Positions 38,903 to 50,363 of a stretch of DNA of 64,000 bases are shown here, piece after piece (positions within the stretch are counted from its first letter, which is position 1; each line of letters starts with the position of its first letter). Below the pieces are notes generated by a model. The model ran no database searches. It was given only the letters and a program-made list of their open reading frames with translations, and was not told the origin of the DNA. Origin of the DNA: Lytechinus pictus (Eukaryota); NCBI RefSeq assembly GCF_037042905.1, contig NC_087246.1, forward strand, positions 67,394,001 to 67,458,000. Direction: 5' to 3'. The position numbers were made by a program, and so were the translations under genes.

Positions 38903-39356
38903 CTGTCAGCATTGGAAGAGTAAGAATTTGTCAATATCAGGTCGAAAATAATTGTGGTGTGGATGTAACTTTACACTTTGGATCTGTGGCAGTTTTTCCT
39001 TGATCAAATGACCAAAATAAAAAATATGGGGAAGGAAATTTTTGACAACTTCTAATTAAAAGTTCTGATAAAAATGCCTCACCACAAATTGATGAACAAA
39101 GTCTCTCTGTCAATCAAATGACACAATTTCAGTGACATAGAGCAATGGTTCATGTTTTTTCAATGATAACAAGCCATCCTTTGAATCCAGGGTTAAAGTG
39201 GTGAAAGTATTGAACTGTCTTGACTAAAATGACATTAATCAGAAAAATGCTCATTACCCTAACAAAATAGTTCAAAGTATCCATCTTTCTTCCACCCGTT
39301 TGTGTGTATGGTGAATTAATATGTTATAGGTGCATGTAAAACTACATTATTTCGGT

Positions 39357-39878
39357 TACACTTCGTAATTCCGAAGGTTCGTAATTCCGAAGGTTCTTTA
39401 TTCCGAAGGTTCGTAATTCCGAAACACGTAAATTGCCTATACCTCGATGTTCGTTAATCCGAAAACGTTAAAGGGTTCGTTAATCCGAACATTTGTGGCG
39501 TTATTCCGAAGGTTCGTTATTCCGAAGGTTCGATAATCCGAAAACGAAATAAGGTTCGATGTTCCAAAGGTTCGTTAATCCGAAAACAAAATAAGGTTCG
39601 ATGTTCCGAAGGTTCGTTAGTCCGAAAACGAAATAAGGTTCGTCAATCATTTCGTTTTCGGACTAACGAACCTTCGGAATTACGAACCTCATTTCGTTTT
39701 CGGATTAACGAACCTTCGGAATTACGAACATTTCGTTTTCGGACTAACGAACCTTCGGAATTACGAACCTTATTTCGTTTTCGGACTAACGAACCTTCGG
39801 AATTAAGAACCTTCGGAAATACGAACCTTCGGAATAACCGAACCTTCGGAATAACGAAGCTTCGGAATTACGAATGTA
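39357..39878. repeat. Foldback (inverted) minisatellite built from a 16-bp unit TTCCGAAGGTTCGTAA
   Basis: Left arm repeats ttccgaaggttcgtaa; right arm repeats its reverse complement ttacgaaccttcggaa; polarity flips near 39645-39650. Confidence 0.85.
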
Positions 39879-39971
39879 TGCGCATTAGGTCAATTGAAAA
39901 TGGGAACACATTTTTAGATAGCATTAGGGGATATGATTGTGATTCTGTATGGTTGGTGTGTATGGGGTGTA

Positions 39972-40210
39972 CACAGCAAAAACTGTGGTGTTAACCGGTG
40001 TACATAGAGGACCACACCAGTTATTTTACTCCGGTGTTAAACTGATGGTGTTAGTTTAACACCTATATGTGTTATTACAACACCTTTGGTTGTTACATTT
40101 ACACTCTTTGGTGTTATGTTCAATCTCTAGGGTGTAATTTTAACACCTCGGGGTGTGGTCCTCTACTAACACAAACTGGTGTCAGTTTTAACACCACAGT
40201 TTTTACAGTG
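39972..40210. mobile_element. CAC..GTG-ended MITE, TA-flanked
   Basis: ta-CACAGCAAAAACTGTGGTGTTAA...TTAACACCACAGTTTTTACAGTG-ta. Confidence 0.75.
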
Positions 40211-40259
40211 TAGGGTATGGAGTAGGGGATGGGGGTAGGGCATTGGGGAGGGGTATTAC

Positions 40260-40396
40260 CTGAGCTTCAGAATGCCCCCATCCTTCTGATGAACAAACAG
40301 ACCCCCATATTCCATATCCGACATAAACCTCAAGCCGACCCTTCCATTGTAGGTTGTCGTAGCTAAAAAGTCGCGCTGCTATAGTTCCGATTGATT
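40260..40396 (-). CDS. SRCR membrane receptor, SRCR domain 6 first half
   Basis: ttcctaatgcag|AA TCA...GCT CAG|gtaata; ESIGTIAARLFSYDNLQWKGRLEVYVGYGIWGSVCSSEGWGHSEAQ; not in ORF track; phase 1 to 0. Confidence 0.85.
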
Positions 40397-41777
40397 CTGC
40401 ATTAGGAAATGAAATATATCCATAACATTCGTAAAAATAATATTTATGTGATTATAATAGTGGCTACTTATAATTATAGCACACAGGGACACCCTTTGGT
40501 GCTCATGCCACTTTAAGAAAATAAATATACTGTACACATGAACAATAATTGAAATGAAATAGAAAAAATATAAAAATTTTAATTTTCCTGAACACAACAC
40601 ACTATATACATGTACGTTGTTATCACCAACCACACGATGGGTATTGATACAGTAAACTTACTTAATTGCTACATCCACTGTTACGCATGTTGTATAAACA
40701 ATTTACAAATGTTTCTAAAATTTTCGAAATATGTTAAGAAAAATTATGAAGATCCTTCCATCTTGTAAATAGATAAAATATTTCTTTTTCCAAAAAGGGT
40801 AATAATTTCCCAAACTATCTCCCTCATTCCTTTAATCATTATTCTGTCAAGATATTTCTCTTTTCCGCTTACCCTTTGTATATATTATCTCTTGTAGATC
40901 TAATTAGTTTTGTGACTACCCACTTTCCCTTTTTTCCCCTAAACCAATCATATCAATGCCATACTAACATTCTTTGTATTCATTTCGCATGACATTGTTG
41001 AGCTTCTTTTTCTTTTCTTTTTTTTTACAAGATATGCTTTCTCCTTCATTATTATGTTCTTATATTCCGTTTAAACTTACATGCCTTTGTTTATTTATTT
41101 CTTATTCATTATTTGTTTTTTATGTTATCAATATCAAAGTTTTGTTTATTCTATTGTGCATGTTAAGTGGAAAGAAAGACAAATAAATTTGAACTTTGAA
41201 CAAAGTGAGCAACGAATTCCTTTAAAGAGCTTGGTGCAAATGAGACTGATATATCAGATGTTAATCATGTTTAATCAGAGAGTTGGATTGTGTGGGTCAT
41301 AAAGAATATGTGCGGAACCTTGCTTTAATGAGGGAAACATGAGGGAAGGAGGAGTATGGCCCTCTGGTTGGGAAGTCTGAAGAGGGTGTAAGAATTGAGC
41401 GTTTAGAAAAAAAACGGTTGAGAGTTTTCGAACGGCTTGATCCTCAAACTCAAACGACATGGGCAGAGCCCGGGCAGAGACAGAGAGGGAGATAGAGGAG
41501 AGGCCGTTGTATATATTTTCAGCACGAATGTTCAACAAGTTTGGAGCATTTGTCTCGCAGGTCAGTGACGTGAATCGGATCAAAATATATGGTAAGGGTA
41601 AGATTTGAGATCTATTTTTATGTTTTTATTTTAAATCGGAACGATTGTTGTTTAATGAAATGAGCCAGTTAGATATCGATCTAAATAAAAGGGGAAAAAG
41701 AAAAGAAAATCGACCCGAGATTTGATCTTTGTACATTTATCAAAATTATATATTTTTTTTTTATAGAAATCAATTAA

Positions 41778-42331
41778 AGGACAAGTCCACCGCATCAAAA
41801 AGTTGATTTGAATGAAAAGAAAAAAAATCCAAGATGTAAAATAAGACAGTTATGACATTTTAAAGTTTTGCTAAATTTCACAAAACAGTTATATGCACAT
41901 TCTGGTCGGTATGCAAATGGGGAGATTGATGACGTCATCCACTCACTGTTTCTTTTGTACTTTAATGTATGAAATATGAGTCATCTTAATTTTCTCCTCA
42001 TTTTCAAGTGAAACAACGATCAATTCCTCCCTGAACATATGTAAAATTATATGGTTCAGTCAAGTTAGTTTTAATTGTCATATCTGTAGAAAAAATGAAA
42101 TATTGTATAATTCAATCAAAAGAAATATAGTGAGTGAGGAATATCATCAACTATTTCATTTGCATATCACTTAGTTGTGCATATCACTGTTTTGTGAAAA
42201 AAGAGAAATTTTTAAATATCATAACTTTCTTATTTTACATCCAATTTTGATGAAATTTTCAGCGTTATGCTCTATGGTTTGATTTTTCTTTATTTGTTCA
42301 AATCAACATTTTTCTAGTGTGGACTTGACCT
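41778..42331. mobile_element. Kolobok-like non-autonomous element, family B
   Basis: ttaa-AGGACAAGTCCAC...GTGGACTTGACCT-ttaa; homologous to 49060-49661 and partial 28500-28853. Confidence 0.78.
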
Positions 42332-42335
42332 TTAA

Positions 42336-42930
42336 AGGGGAATCCAACCCAAATAAAAACTTAATTTTATAAGGAAAAGAAAAATCAGACAAGTTGATAG
42401 GTGAAAGTTTGAACAATATCGGACAAACAACAAGAAAGTTATGAATTTTTAAAAGTTGTCAATATTGGTAATCACTATACCCACGGAGACTTCAAATTGG
42501 CCGCATATGTGATGTCATAGTGATGTAAGGCAAGGACTACTCTTCCATGTACTCCAATACATATTATGGCTAAAATGTAATTTTTCCCAAAAGTTTTATT
42601 TCAAATTATATGTTTCTTTCATGAGGACATAACACAATATATTACCCGGGTTATATTTAGATTACTGCCCCAGGGGAATGGGTACTTAGGAGAAAACCAC
42701 AAATCCCTGATAATAAAGTACATGGCCTATGGGGAAGTTGTCCTTGCCCCTTGTCATAATTTACTTACCCAGTTGCCAATTTGAAATCTACATAGTATTA
42801 GTGATCTCAATTTTAAAGCAGCTATAATTTTCTTATTGCTTGTTCGATTTCTTTCAAACTTTCACCATTCTGTTTAATTTATTTTTCTCCTTCCCATCAC
42901 AACATTTTATGGCCAAGGCTGGATTCCCCT
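42336..42930. mobile_element. Kolobok-like non-autonomous element, family C
   Basis: ttaa-AGGGGAATCCAACC...GGCTGGATTCCCCT-ttaa; shares its left TTAA with the previous element. Confidence 0.78.
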
Positions 42931-42982
42931 TTAAACATCGGAGTTAATTCAAATAATAATGTAGAAAATTTTAGGAGTTTAC

Positions 42983-43297
42983 CATGAGGCCTGCACATTA
43001 GAGCGATGTCCTTTGAATGACGGGGAAATTCGACCTCCGTAACATTCCCAACACATTCTCTGAGGTCATCCTCGTCCCCACCACACACGATCGTCTCTAT
43101 GCCAAATATAAGACCAAACCCGAACCCGAACTCGCCCTCGTCATAGATCTCCATGACGGCCTCGTAGCCAAGCTGACGACAGACTACCTCGGCTTGCTGT
43201 GCACTGAGGGAGTTCACGGTCCCCCAGCTCCCCGAGTGGAATATCTCAAGAACGCCCTGGCCAGCGTAATCTTCATTAATCAGTCTGACTTCGAGGT
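42983..43297 (-). CDS. SRCR membrane receptor, SRCR domain 5 exon (4-Cys variant)
   Basis: acatgcag|AC CTC...CAT G|gtaaac; VRLINEDYAGQGVLEIFHSGSWGTVNSLSAQQAEVVCRQLGY...HSKDIALMC; 315 nt, phase 1-1. Confidence 0.88.
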
Positions 43298-45004
43298 CTG
43301 CATGTAATATGAATTAAAAAAAGATATACACGATGATATATACAAAATAATGGAAGATAATATAAACTTTAGAAGAAAACTGAATGAAGTGTCGTTAAAG
43401 AGAAAATCAGATATTAGCAGAGACATACAAAATGGTTCTAAAATTGTCTCTGAATTCATATGCTCTACATTAAAAAAATCATCTTGTTTTATCTTTCTGA
43501 TTTTCTCCTTGAGAGTTGAATTCTTAGGTTTTCACGACTGAGTGTTTTTTCTCTTATACATGTATTTACGGGTTACTATATGCACCAATGGCAGAAATTA
43601 AGTTCCATGTGTCGTAAAGGTTTAATACTGAATGCTCGAACACATTCACATCTAAAACATGAACACATGGTAAGGCACAAACTTTGACTGTCAGCTAGTT
43701 TGGAACCAATATGGGTAATTCGCGTGGAGATATTTCTGTACCGTAAATGTATAGTTTAAAGACTTTAAAGCAACTTCCCAAAACCGTTGCGCCTTACAAA
43801 ATACATGGTTGGATAAAGTATTTGTGGGTCGTTTTATAATCAGGGTTACCGAACTATCTCATTTAAGTTTTCCCTCAACTTTGGTGTGTGTGGGTGTTGT
43901 GGTGTGTTTTGAACAGCTGATATTCCTTAAAATTTGTATGCCCAAGGTCACATATTTTAGTTATAGGAGTTCAATATTTCGATCACATGTTCTGTCGATG
44001 GCTTAATTTTTCGGATAGGACTTATTTTGAAAGAATTGGCTTTCGCAACATTGGAACGTGAACTGCATGTCTGAAAAATAAGTGCATATGGTCGAGGTGA
44101 AAATTTTGGTTTTGTTACATTTGTCCAAGTGTTCTTATAGACAAATATACACTTACTAATCAAGTAACTTCTTAAAATGCAAAAAAAACACCGAACTCGG
44201 AGAGGACATTTCTGGACAGCATTGGTACTCCATTCGCGGGTTAATTCATAGTCATGACAAATCAATTTATCTACTGCTTTGGGGGAGGGGTTCAGTTTTT
44301 ATACACATGCATTTCAATGATCAATTCTGATTGATAAAACAATGCGTAAAGGTTGCTTTGAAGTGATAAAATCGAAATCGGAAAAAACAAAATGAGACAA
44401 TTAATTTTGACTCTAAAATGACAGATTGAGAAATAAACATGTATTTCAATTTTTCTTTTGCATGTTGCTCTAGGTGTCCAATAGCTTGTCGCAGATTTTG
44501 AGATTACAATTCACAATGTTTTATGATACACAGAAGGCCCCTTTCCCCCCTTTTTAAGTATACCATGATTGCAAAACAACCCTTATACAAAAGCATTGTA
44601 AAAGGATTAGGTACATCATGACCAGATTGTACCAGAGTGTACCAAACACAACCCGATTTTTCGCACAATTAAAATCTTGATTTTATTTTCGTTATTTAAT
44701 AAAACAAAGGTAATCCTTGTGCCTCAATATTATTGCGCAATCAGCATTCTCCCAAGATTCAAAATTCCAATTTTCTTTATCGAATATCTGCTATAATTAT
44801 AGCTTCTCCACAGTTTTTTTCCACTTTGGCTCAGGTGAGTACGTGTGCGTGTGTGAGGGCGAGGTGGGGTGTGTGGGTGTGTGTGTGGGTGTGAGGAAGG
44901 GTGTGTTTGTCTGTGTGTGTGGTGACTGTGACGTTTAGTGTGTGTTGGTGTGGTGGGCATGCATTTTTTTTATAGTAATAGAGAGGGAAAGAGAGAAATT
45001 TTGA

Positions 45005-46122
45005 AAGTTTGGAAATCTGACTTTGATCGATAAATTCTCATCAGTTTGAGTAAATATCAATATGTAATTAATATTAATGAATAGAGCATCTAATCCTCTT
45101 TAAAATGATACCCTACATGATATGATTATGCTTCTAATGGGGGTGCACTGCCTTGGAATGTGGCGCAAGGTCAAAATTCAAAAGTTGCAAAATGACAAAA
45201 TATTGAAAGTCACTGTTCTTTTTTCCGTGGTGATGAGTGATTTTCTAAGCGGTTTCTTTTGAATTTGATCGGTAATTCCTCATCGATTTTAGTCAATATC
45301 ACTTTGTAATTAATATCAATGAATAGATCATTTAATTTTGTATAAAATCATACCCTACATGATGTGATTATCGTTCACATGGAGGTGTAGTGCCTTGAAA
45401 TGTGGGGGCAAGGTCAAAATTCAAAAGTTGCAAAACTACACAATATTGAAAGTCACTGTTCTTTTTTCAGTGGTGATGAGTGAGTTTCTAATCGGTTTCT
45501 TTTAATTATTTTCATGCACCTTTAACGTCAACATTAACATGGAATCAAACACACCTCTGCACAAGCAAACACATAACAAACAAACATGCATGGGTATTTC
45601 AATCCACGACTCAAACCATGTTATCTCACAGTCACAGAACCATCACTCCAGAAGCAGGGGCTTGATTTGAATGGATTTGAAAGAATCATGTTCTGTATTG
45701 ACCCTTCATGACTATTTCTGCTCGTTTTGCAGCTTTTCAATTCAGACCTCATCCAACACTTGTGAATCCTGCTCTTTTCGTGATGGCATGATCATAACAA
45801 GCATGGTATCATTTTAAAGAGAATTAAATGTTCTGTTGAATGATATCAAATATGCAATGTGTAAAATTGGGAGTTGGGAGAAATTAATGGCCAAACTCAG
45901 ATTTCCAAACTTTTTTGCTCGTTTTGCAGCTTTTCAAATCAGACCTCATCCAACAATTTTGAATCCTACTCTTTTCGTGATGGCATGATCATAATAAGCA
46001 TGGTATCATTTTAAAGAGAATTAAATGATCTGTTGAATTATATCAAATATGCAATGTGTTAAATTGGGAGTTGGGAGAAATTAATGGCCAAACACAGATT
46101 TCCAAACTTTTTTGAGGGGTTT
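45005..46122. mobile_element. Second copy of the 1.1 kb TIR element at 4413-5550, left end clipped
   Basis: Collinear similarity from aaagtttggaaatctgactttgatcg to tttgaggggttta(ta)n. Confidence 0.78.
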
Positions 46123-46508
46123 ATATATATATATATTCTCTTACTTCTTTCTCCCCAGCTGTCCTCTATTTCTGCCCCCTTCTCTCCCTCTCTCCTTTTT
46201 TCTAGTCGTTTTCCTTTTCCCTTTTCTCTCTTCCTTTTGTCTCCCCGGCTTTTTTCTTCTTTTTCTTTTTTTCCCTTCCTCTTTCTTTCTTTTTTCTTTT
46301 TTTCTCTCTTTTTTTTTTCTCTCTTTTCTTTTGTACTGTTGCGCTTCGCGTCTTACCTCTCAGCGCGTTGTTTTTTACGCTTTGCGTTTTGCGCACTGCG
46401 TTTCTTGGTGCTGTTGACTAATAAATTCATCATTTCCTGATGAAGCCCTATGGGCGAAAATTTGATCAACTTTTCTATCTACGGTTGTTTTATTCACCTT
46501 GTATTTGG

Positions 46509-46542
<34 letters not shown>

Positions 46543-46589
46543 CATTTATTATTACTATTGACAATTTCTGCACACATTATTGATATTAC

Positions 46590-46931
46590 CTTTTGGTTTG
46601 CTACATCGAGTTTGTGCAACATTCTCTGGTCTGCATTCATTCCCACCAACGTAAAGATGTCTCGTACATTCCTGGGTAAGTCTATCTTCTTGTCCTGAAC
46701 AAAAGTAGTTTGCTGTTAACGTCTCGCCGATCACCTCGCTAATGACTGTCACAGGCGTCCGATAATCGGCATCGACCTCGTAACCGAGCTGACGACACAC
46801 CACTTCCCTCTCCTCACGACCCCAGTTGTTATCGACGTCACAAACCGTCTTCCACACTCCGTCTTCATATACTTGCACCACCCCTTCGTAACTCGTGAAA
46901 CCGCCAAGTAGTCGAACTTGTTTCTCCTTCC
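46590..46931 (-). CDS. SRCR membrane receptor, SRCR domain 4 exon (divergent)
   Basis: gtttcag|GG AAG...AAA G|gtaata; VRLLGGFTSYEGVVQVYEDGVWKTVCD...VVCRQLGY; 342 nt, phase 1-1. Confidence 0.9.
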
Positions 46932-47489
46932 CTGAAACGTGATGGCGGGAAAGAATAATGTTTTAGTATCAAATCAGACCAAGATGTATAAATTCATTTT
47001 GGTCAAATTGGCGAATGCACGCGTTCAATGATGCGGAACTGTTATAAGTTTGTTATTTTTTGACATGATTTGCATGTGCGTGTCGATTGTTGTCGAAAAT
47101 GCAGGCAACATTAGTGTAACTCATGTAACTCCATGGGTATACACTTCCTTGCTTCGCAAATAAAACTAAATGATACAGAAGCTTTAAGTGCCATCGACTA
47201 GTCGAGATGGCAAGATACGTTATCTCGCCAAGTCGCCTTATAAAAAGGTTTTTTTTTTCAACATGTTGAGACACATTATTACGCTAAGTCGACATATGAA
47301 TATAGATATTTTATGAATATGATATATTTCATTTTTGTGAGCTGCTATTAAAATATATGATTTATATATATATTTTTTTTTCATAGCAAATGTTTATGAA
47401 TATTCATGATATTATGTAGTCTTTGACTAAATAAACCTTATACCTGACACCGAGAAGAAAAGGTCGTAGGAAAAATAAATAGCACCCCT

Positions 47490-47648
47490 GGGGCCTGTTG
47501 CATAAAACTTTTTACCTGAGAAAACTCTGGTAAAAACTAAAAACTAAGGTTAGTCTGATTTTTGCCATTGACTTTAACACAGGGCAAAAACTCAGGTAAA
47601 AACAACCTGAGTTTTCTCAGGTAAAAAGTTTTATGCAACGGGCTCCTG
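47490..47648. mobile_element. Palindromic Harbinger-like MITE
   Basis: ggggcctgttgcataaaactttttacctgagaaaactc / gagttttctcaggtaaaaagttttatgcaacgggctcc; related ends at about 399-536. Confidence 0.7.
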
Positions 47649-47780
47649 GAGTGAGGTTCAAAGACTGACAGACGAGTGGCTTCAATCCGTTCGGATTTTT
47701 GGTTCACTGATATTTCATGAAAGTATAAGGCTTACTAATTAAAAAAATAAGAAAATTAGCTTCGTTTTAAAAATACATAC

Positions 47781-48089
47781 TTAAACAGACAGCGCCTGCA
47801 TCGGTACGATGATTACAGTTATCGTTGGCTAGCCCACTGTGACCACAGCTAAATAGACTATGCTCCCATCCATAACATTGTAAGTCATCAAGAAGAATAG
47901 GACCATCGGCCGCACCAAATTCAGAGTTCCGAGGTGCTTCAAAGGCTCCATAGCTGTAGCCGACTTGGCGACAGACTACGTTAGCATCGTTAATATCCCA
48001 GTCATCGTCACATACTGTTCCCCAGGTAGCACCGTAGAAGACTTCGACACGACCCTCATGCGGTTCACTTCCGTCAACGAGGCGGACGT
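47781..48089 (-). CDS. SRCR membrane receptor, SRCR domain 3 exon
   Basis: ttccttgccag|AC GTC...TTA A|gtatgt; VRLVDGSEPHEGRVEVFYGATWGTVCDDDW...CNHRTDAGAVC; 309 nt, phase 1-1. Confidence 0.93.
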
Positions 48090-48680
48090 CTGGCAAGGAA
48101 AAATCAGAACCGCAGTTTATCGGATTGAAATAACAGACTATACTGTAGCTGTGACCAACACTTGGGCAGAATTCATTGTTTTAGAATAATATGTTTTAAT
48201 AGTTTGATTGCTACCTTAATTCGTAAAGAAGTCATAAACTGTAGTACACAATAGTTTAATATTCGGCTCAGCCCCCCTGTCAAAACCGTTCCACGCCCTC
48301 TGAAGAATGCATCCAATATACCAGTTAGGTCCCTTAGGCCATCTACCTTATATGTATGTTGTAATGGCAGTGCCCCCCCCCCCCCCGGGCACCCAGGCTC
48401 CCTGCTCAAATAAGCATTTTCAAACCATTTGTGTCGGTTACTTTAGCGACGCTGACATGGTAGCCTGACACAAATCCTTTTAGACTGACCCTATATCCTC
48501 GCCAAGCCAGACCGAAAATATCCTTATCAACCTGATCAATTTAAGATTGAAAACCTAATATGATAAAACAAAATATAACAAGGAAATATATTATGGATGT
48601 CTTTAATTGATTATACCCGTAATTTCGTTGTAAAATTGACGCCTCTTTATCTGACGAAACTACAAATAAAAGTCATCTAC

Positions 48681-49022
48681 CTGTCCGATCGCACACCAGA
48701 TAAACATCCTCACTTCCAGTGCAGGTGTCCACAGAGCTCCACTCTGCATCAAGGCACGCTTCAAGTCTTCTCTCATTGCCATGGCAACGGAAACCACCGA
48801 GGAATGCCCTCGTATCGTTGTCGTGCCGATAGATGGAGCTGTTTGACTTGGCAACCAAATCACTGCTCAAGTATCCAGAGAAGCCGAGCTGACGGCAAGC
48901 GACTTCGCCAGCTTCCGGGCTCCAGGTGTCCCCGCAGACACCATTCCAGGTGCCCGAAGAATTCCCCATTATTTGCAGGATGCCAGCGTAGTACGTGGTA
49001 CCGTTGACAAGCCTGAGAGAAC
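48681..49022 (-). CDS. SRCR membrane receptor, SRCR domain 2 exon (divergent)
   Basis: ctcctcag|GT TCT...ACA G|gtagat; LRLVNG...WNGVCGDTW...VACRQLG...DVYLVC; 342 nt, phase 1-1. Confidence 0.9.
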
Positions 49023-49059
49023 CTGAGGAGACAAGGAAGGATTTTAAGGACATCGTTAA

Positions 49060-49661
49060 AGGTCAAGTCCACCTCAGAAAATGATGATTTGGATCCATAG
49101 AGAAATATAAGGCAAGCATAATGCTGAAAATTTCATTAAACATGTTATAATCGGATGTAAAATAAGACATTTTAAAGTTTCGCTTATTTTTCACACAATA
49201 GTTATATGCACAATTTAGTCACATGCAAATGAGAGAATCGATGATGTCCATCACTCACTATTTGTTTTGTTTTTTATTGTTTGAATTATACAATATTTCT
49301 ATTTTTACATATTTGACAATAAGGACCAACTTGACTGAACCATAAAATATTAAACAATGGTAATTTCACAAGTTCAGGGAGAAATAAAACTTTGTTTCAC
49401 AGGACAAAGAGGAGAAAATTATAATATTTCAAATTTTAAAAAATAAAATAGTAAAGAAATAGTGAGTAAGTGATGTCATCAGTTCCCTCATTTGCATACC
49501 GACCAGGATGTGCATATAACTGTTTTGTAAAATTAGGCGAAACTTAAAATTGTCATAACTTTCTTATTTCACATCCGATTTTGATGTCATTTTCAGTGGT
49601 ATGTTTGTTGGATTGTTCTCTTTTTATTCAAATCAGTTTTTTGTTAGGGTGTACTTGACCT
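49060..49661. mobile_element. Kolobok-like non-autonomous element, family B
   Basis: ttaa-AGGTCAAGTCCACC...GGTGTACTTGACCT-ttaa. Confidence 0.78.
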
Positions 49662-50045
49662 TTAACTGCATGTAGACACTATAAAATACCGAACCCCAAA
49701 CAGGAAAACATTGCAACAGTATAGGTTAAAGCTGATTGGCTGGCAACCTTGTATCATTACTAAAAATATGAATCATTCTAAGGGCGAGAATTTACTCTTT
49801 CCTGCACAATGAAAAAACAAAGGAAAGTCACATTTTCGACTTCATAATTGGTCGTTTTATGGTGTATTTATTCATTTGATTGTAATCTTCTTTCAATTCG
49901 GTATAAGCCTACATGTTAAAATGGTGCATAAAGTGCAGCATGGAATGTTTGTTGGAGGTGTTGTTGTTTCTGAACTATTATTCTCTAGGATGTTTTTACT
50001 CTTCATTTATTAAAACAAAACTAAAAAAAAACACCTCGTAAATAC

Positions 50046-50363
50046 CTCTTGCTGTACAAACCACCGAAGCATCATCCGCATGAGCACAGTCATGTGTTCC
50101 TATTTGATGGCTCCTAGAGCACTCAAACAGATCTTCTTCTCCTCCGTAACAAAAGGTATTGTCCATCCATATTGGACCACTTCCAGGACCGAAGGCTGCG
50201 TAAACAAGGGCTAGGTCCGCCCCGATATAGTCCAAGTCTTTGCACACGACCTCAGCCTCTTCAATACCCCAATGATCATCGCAGACCGTCCCCCATTCAC
50301 CGTTGTAAAATACCTCAACTCTTCCCTCAAAAGGGAAATCCCCGTTCATCAATCGCGTATTTT
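50046..50363 (-). CDS. SRCR membrane receptor, SRCR domain 1 exon
   Basis: tttacag|AA AAT...AGA G|gtattt; RLMNGDFPFEGRVEVFYNGEWGTVCDDHW...CAHADDASVVC; 318 nt, phase 1-1. Confidence 0.93.

Noticed and set aside
39357-39878. CRISPR-like array
   Set aside because: No unique spacers, units flip orientation midway, no cas genes, eukaryotic intron context; it is a foldback minisatellite.
41275-41583. 102-aa minus-strand ORF inside an SRCR intron
   Set aside because: No SRCR or other motif; the flanking SRCR exons already join in frame without it.
46084-46440. Phe/Ser-rich 118-aa ORF
   Set aside because: Transposon end plus pyrimidine-rich low complexity inside an SRCR intron.
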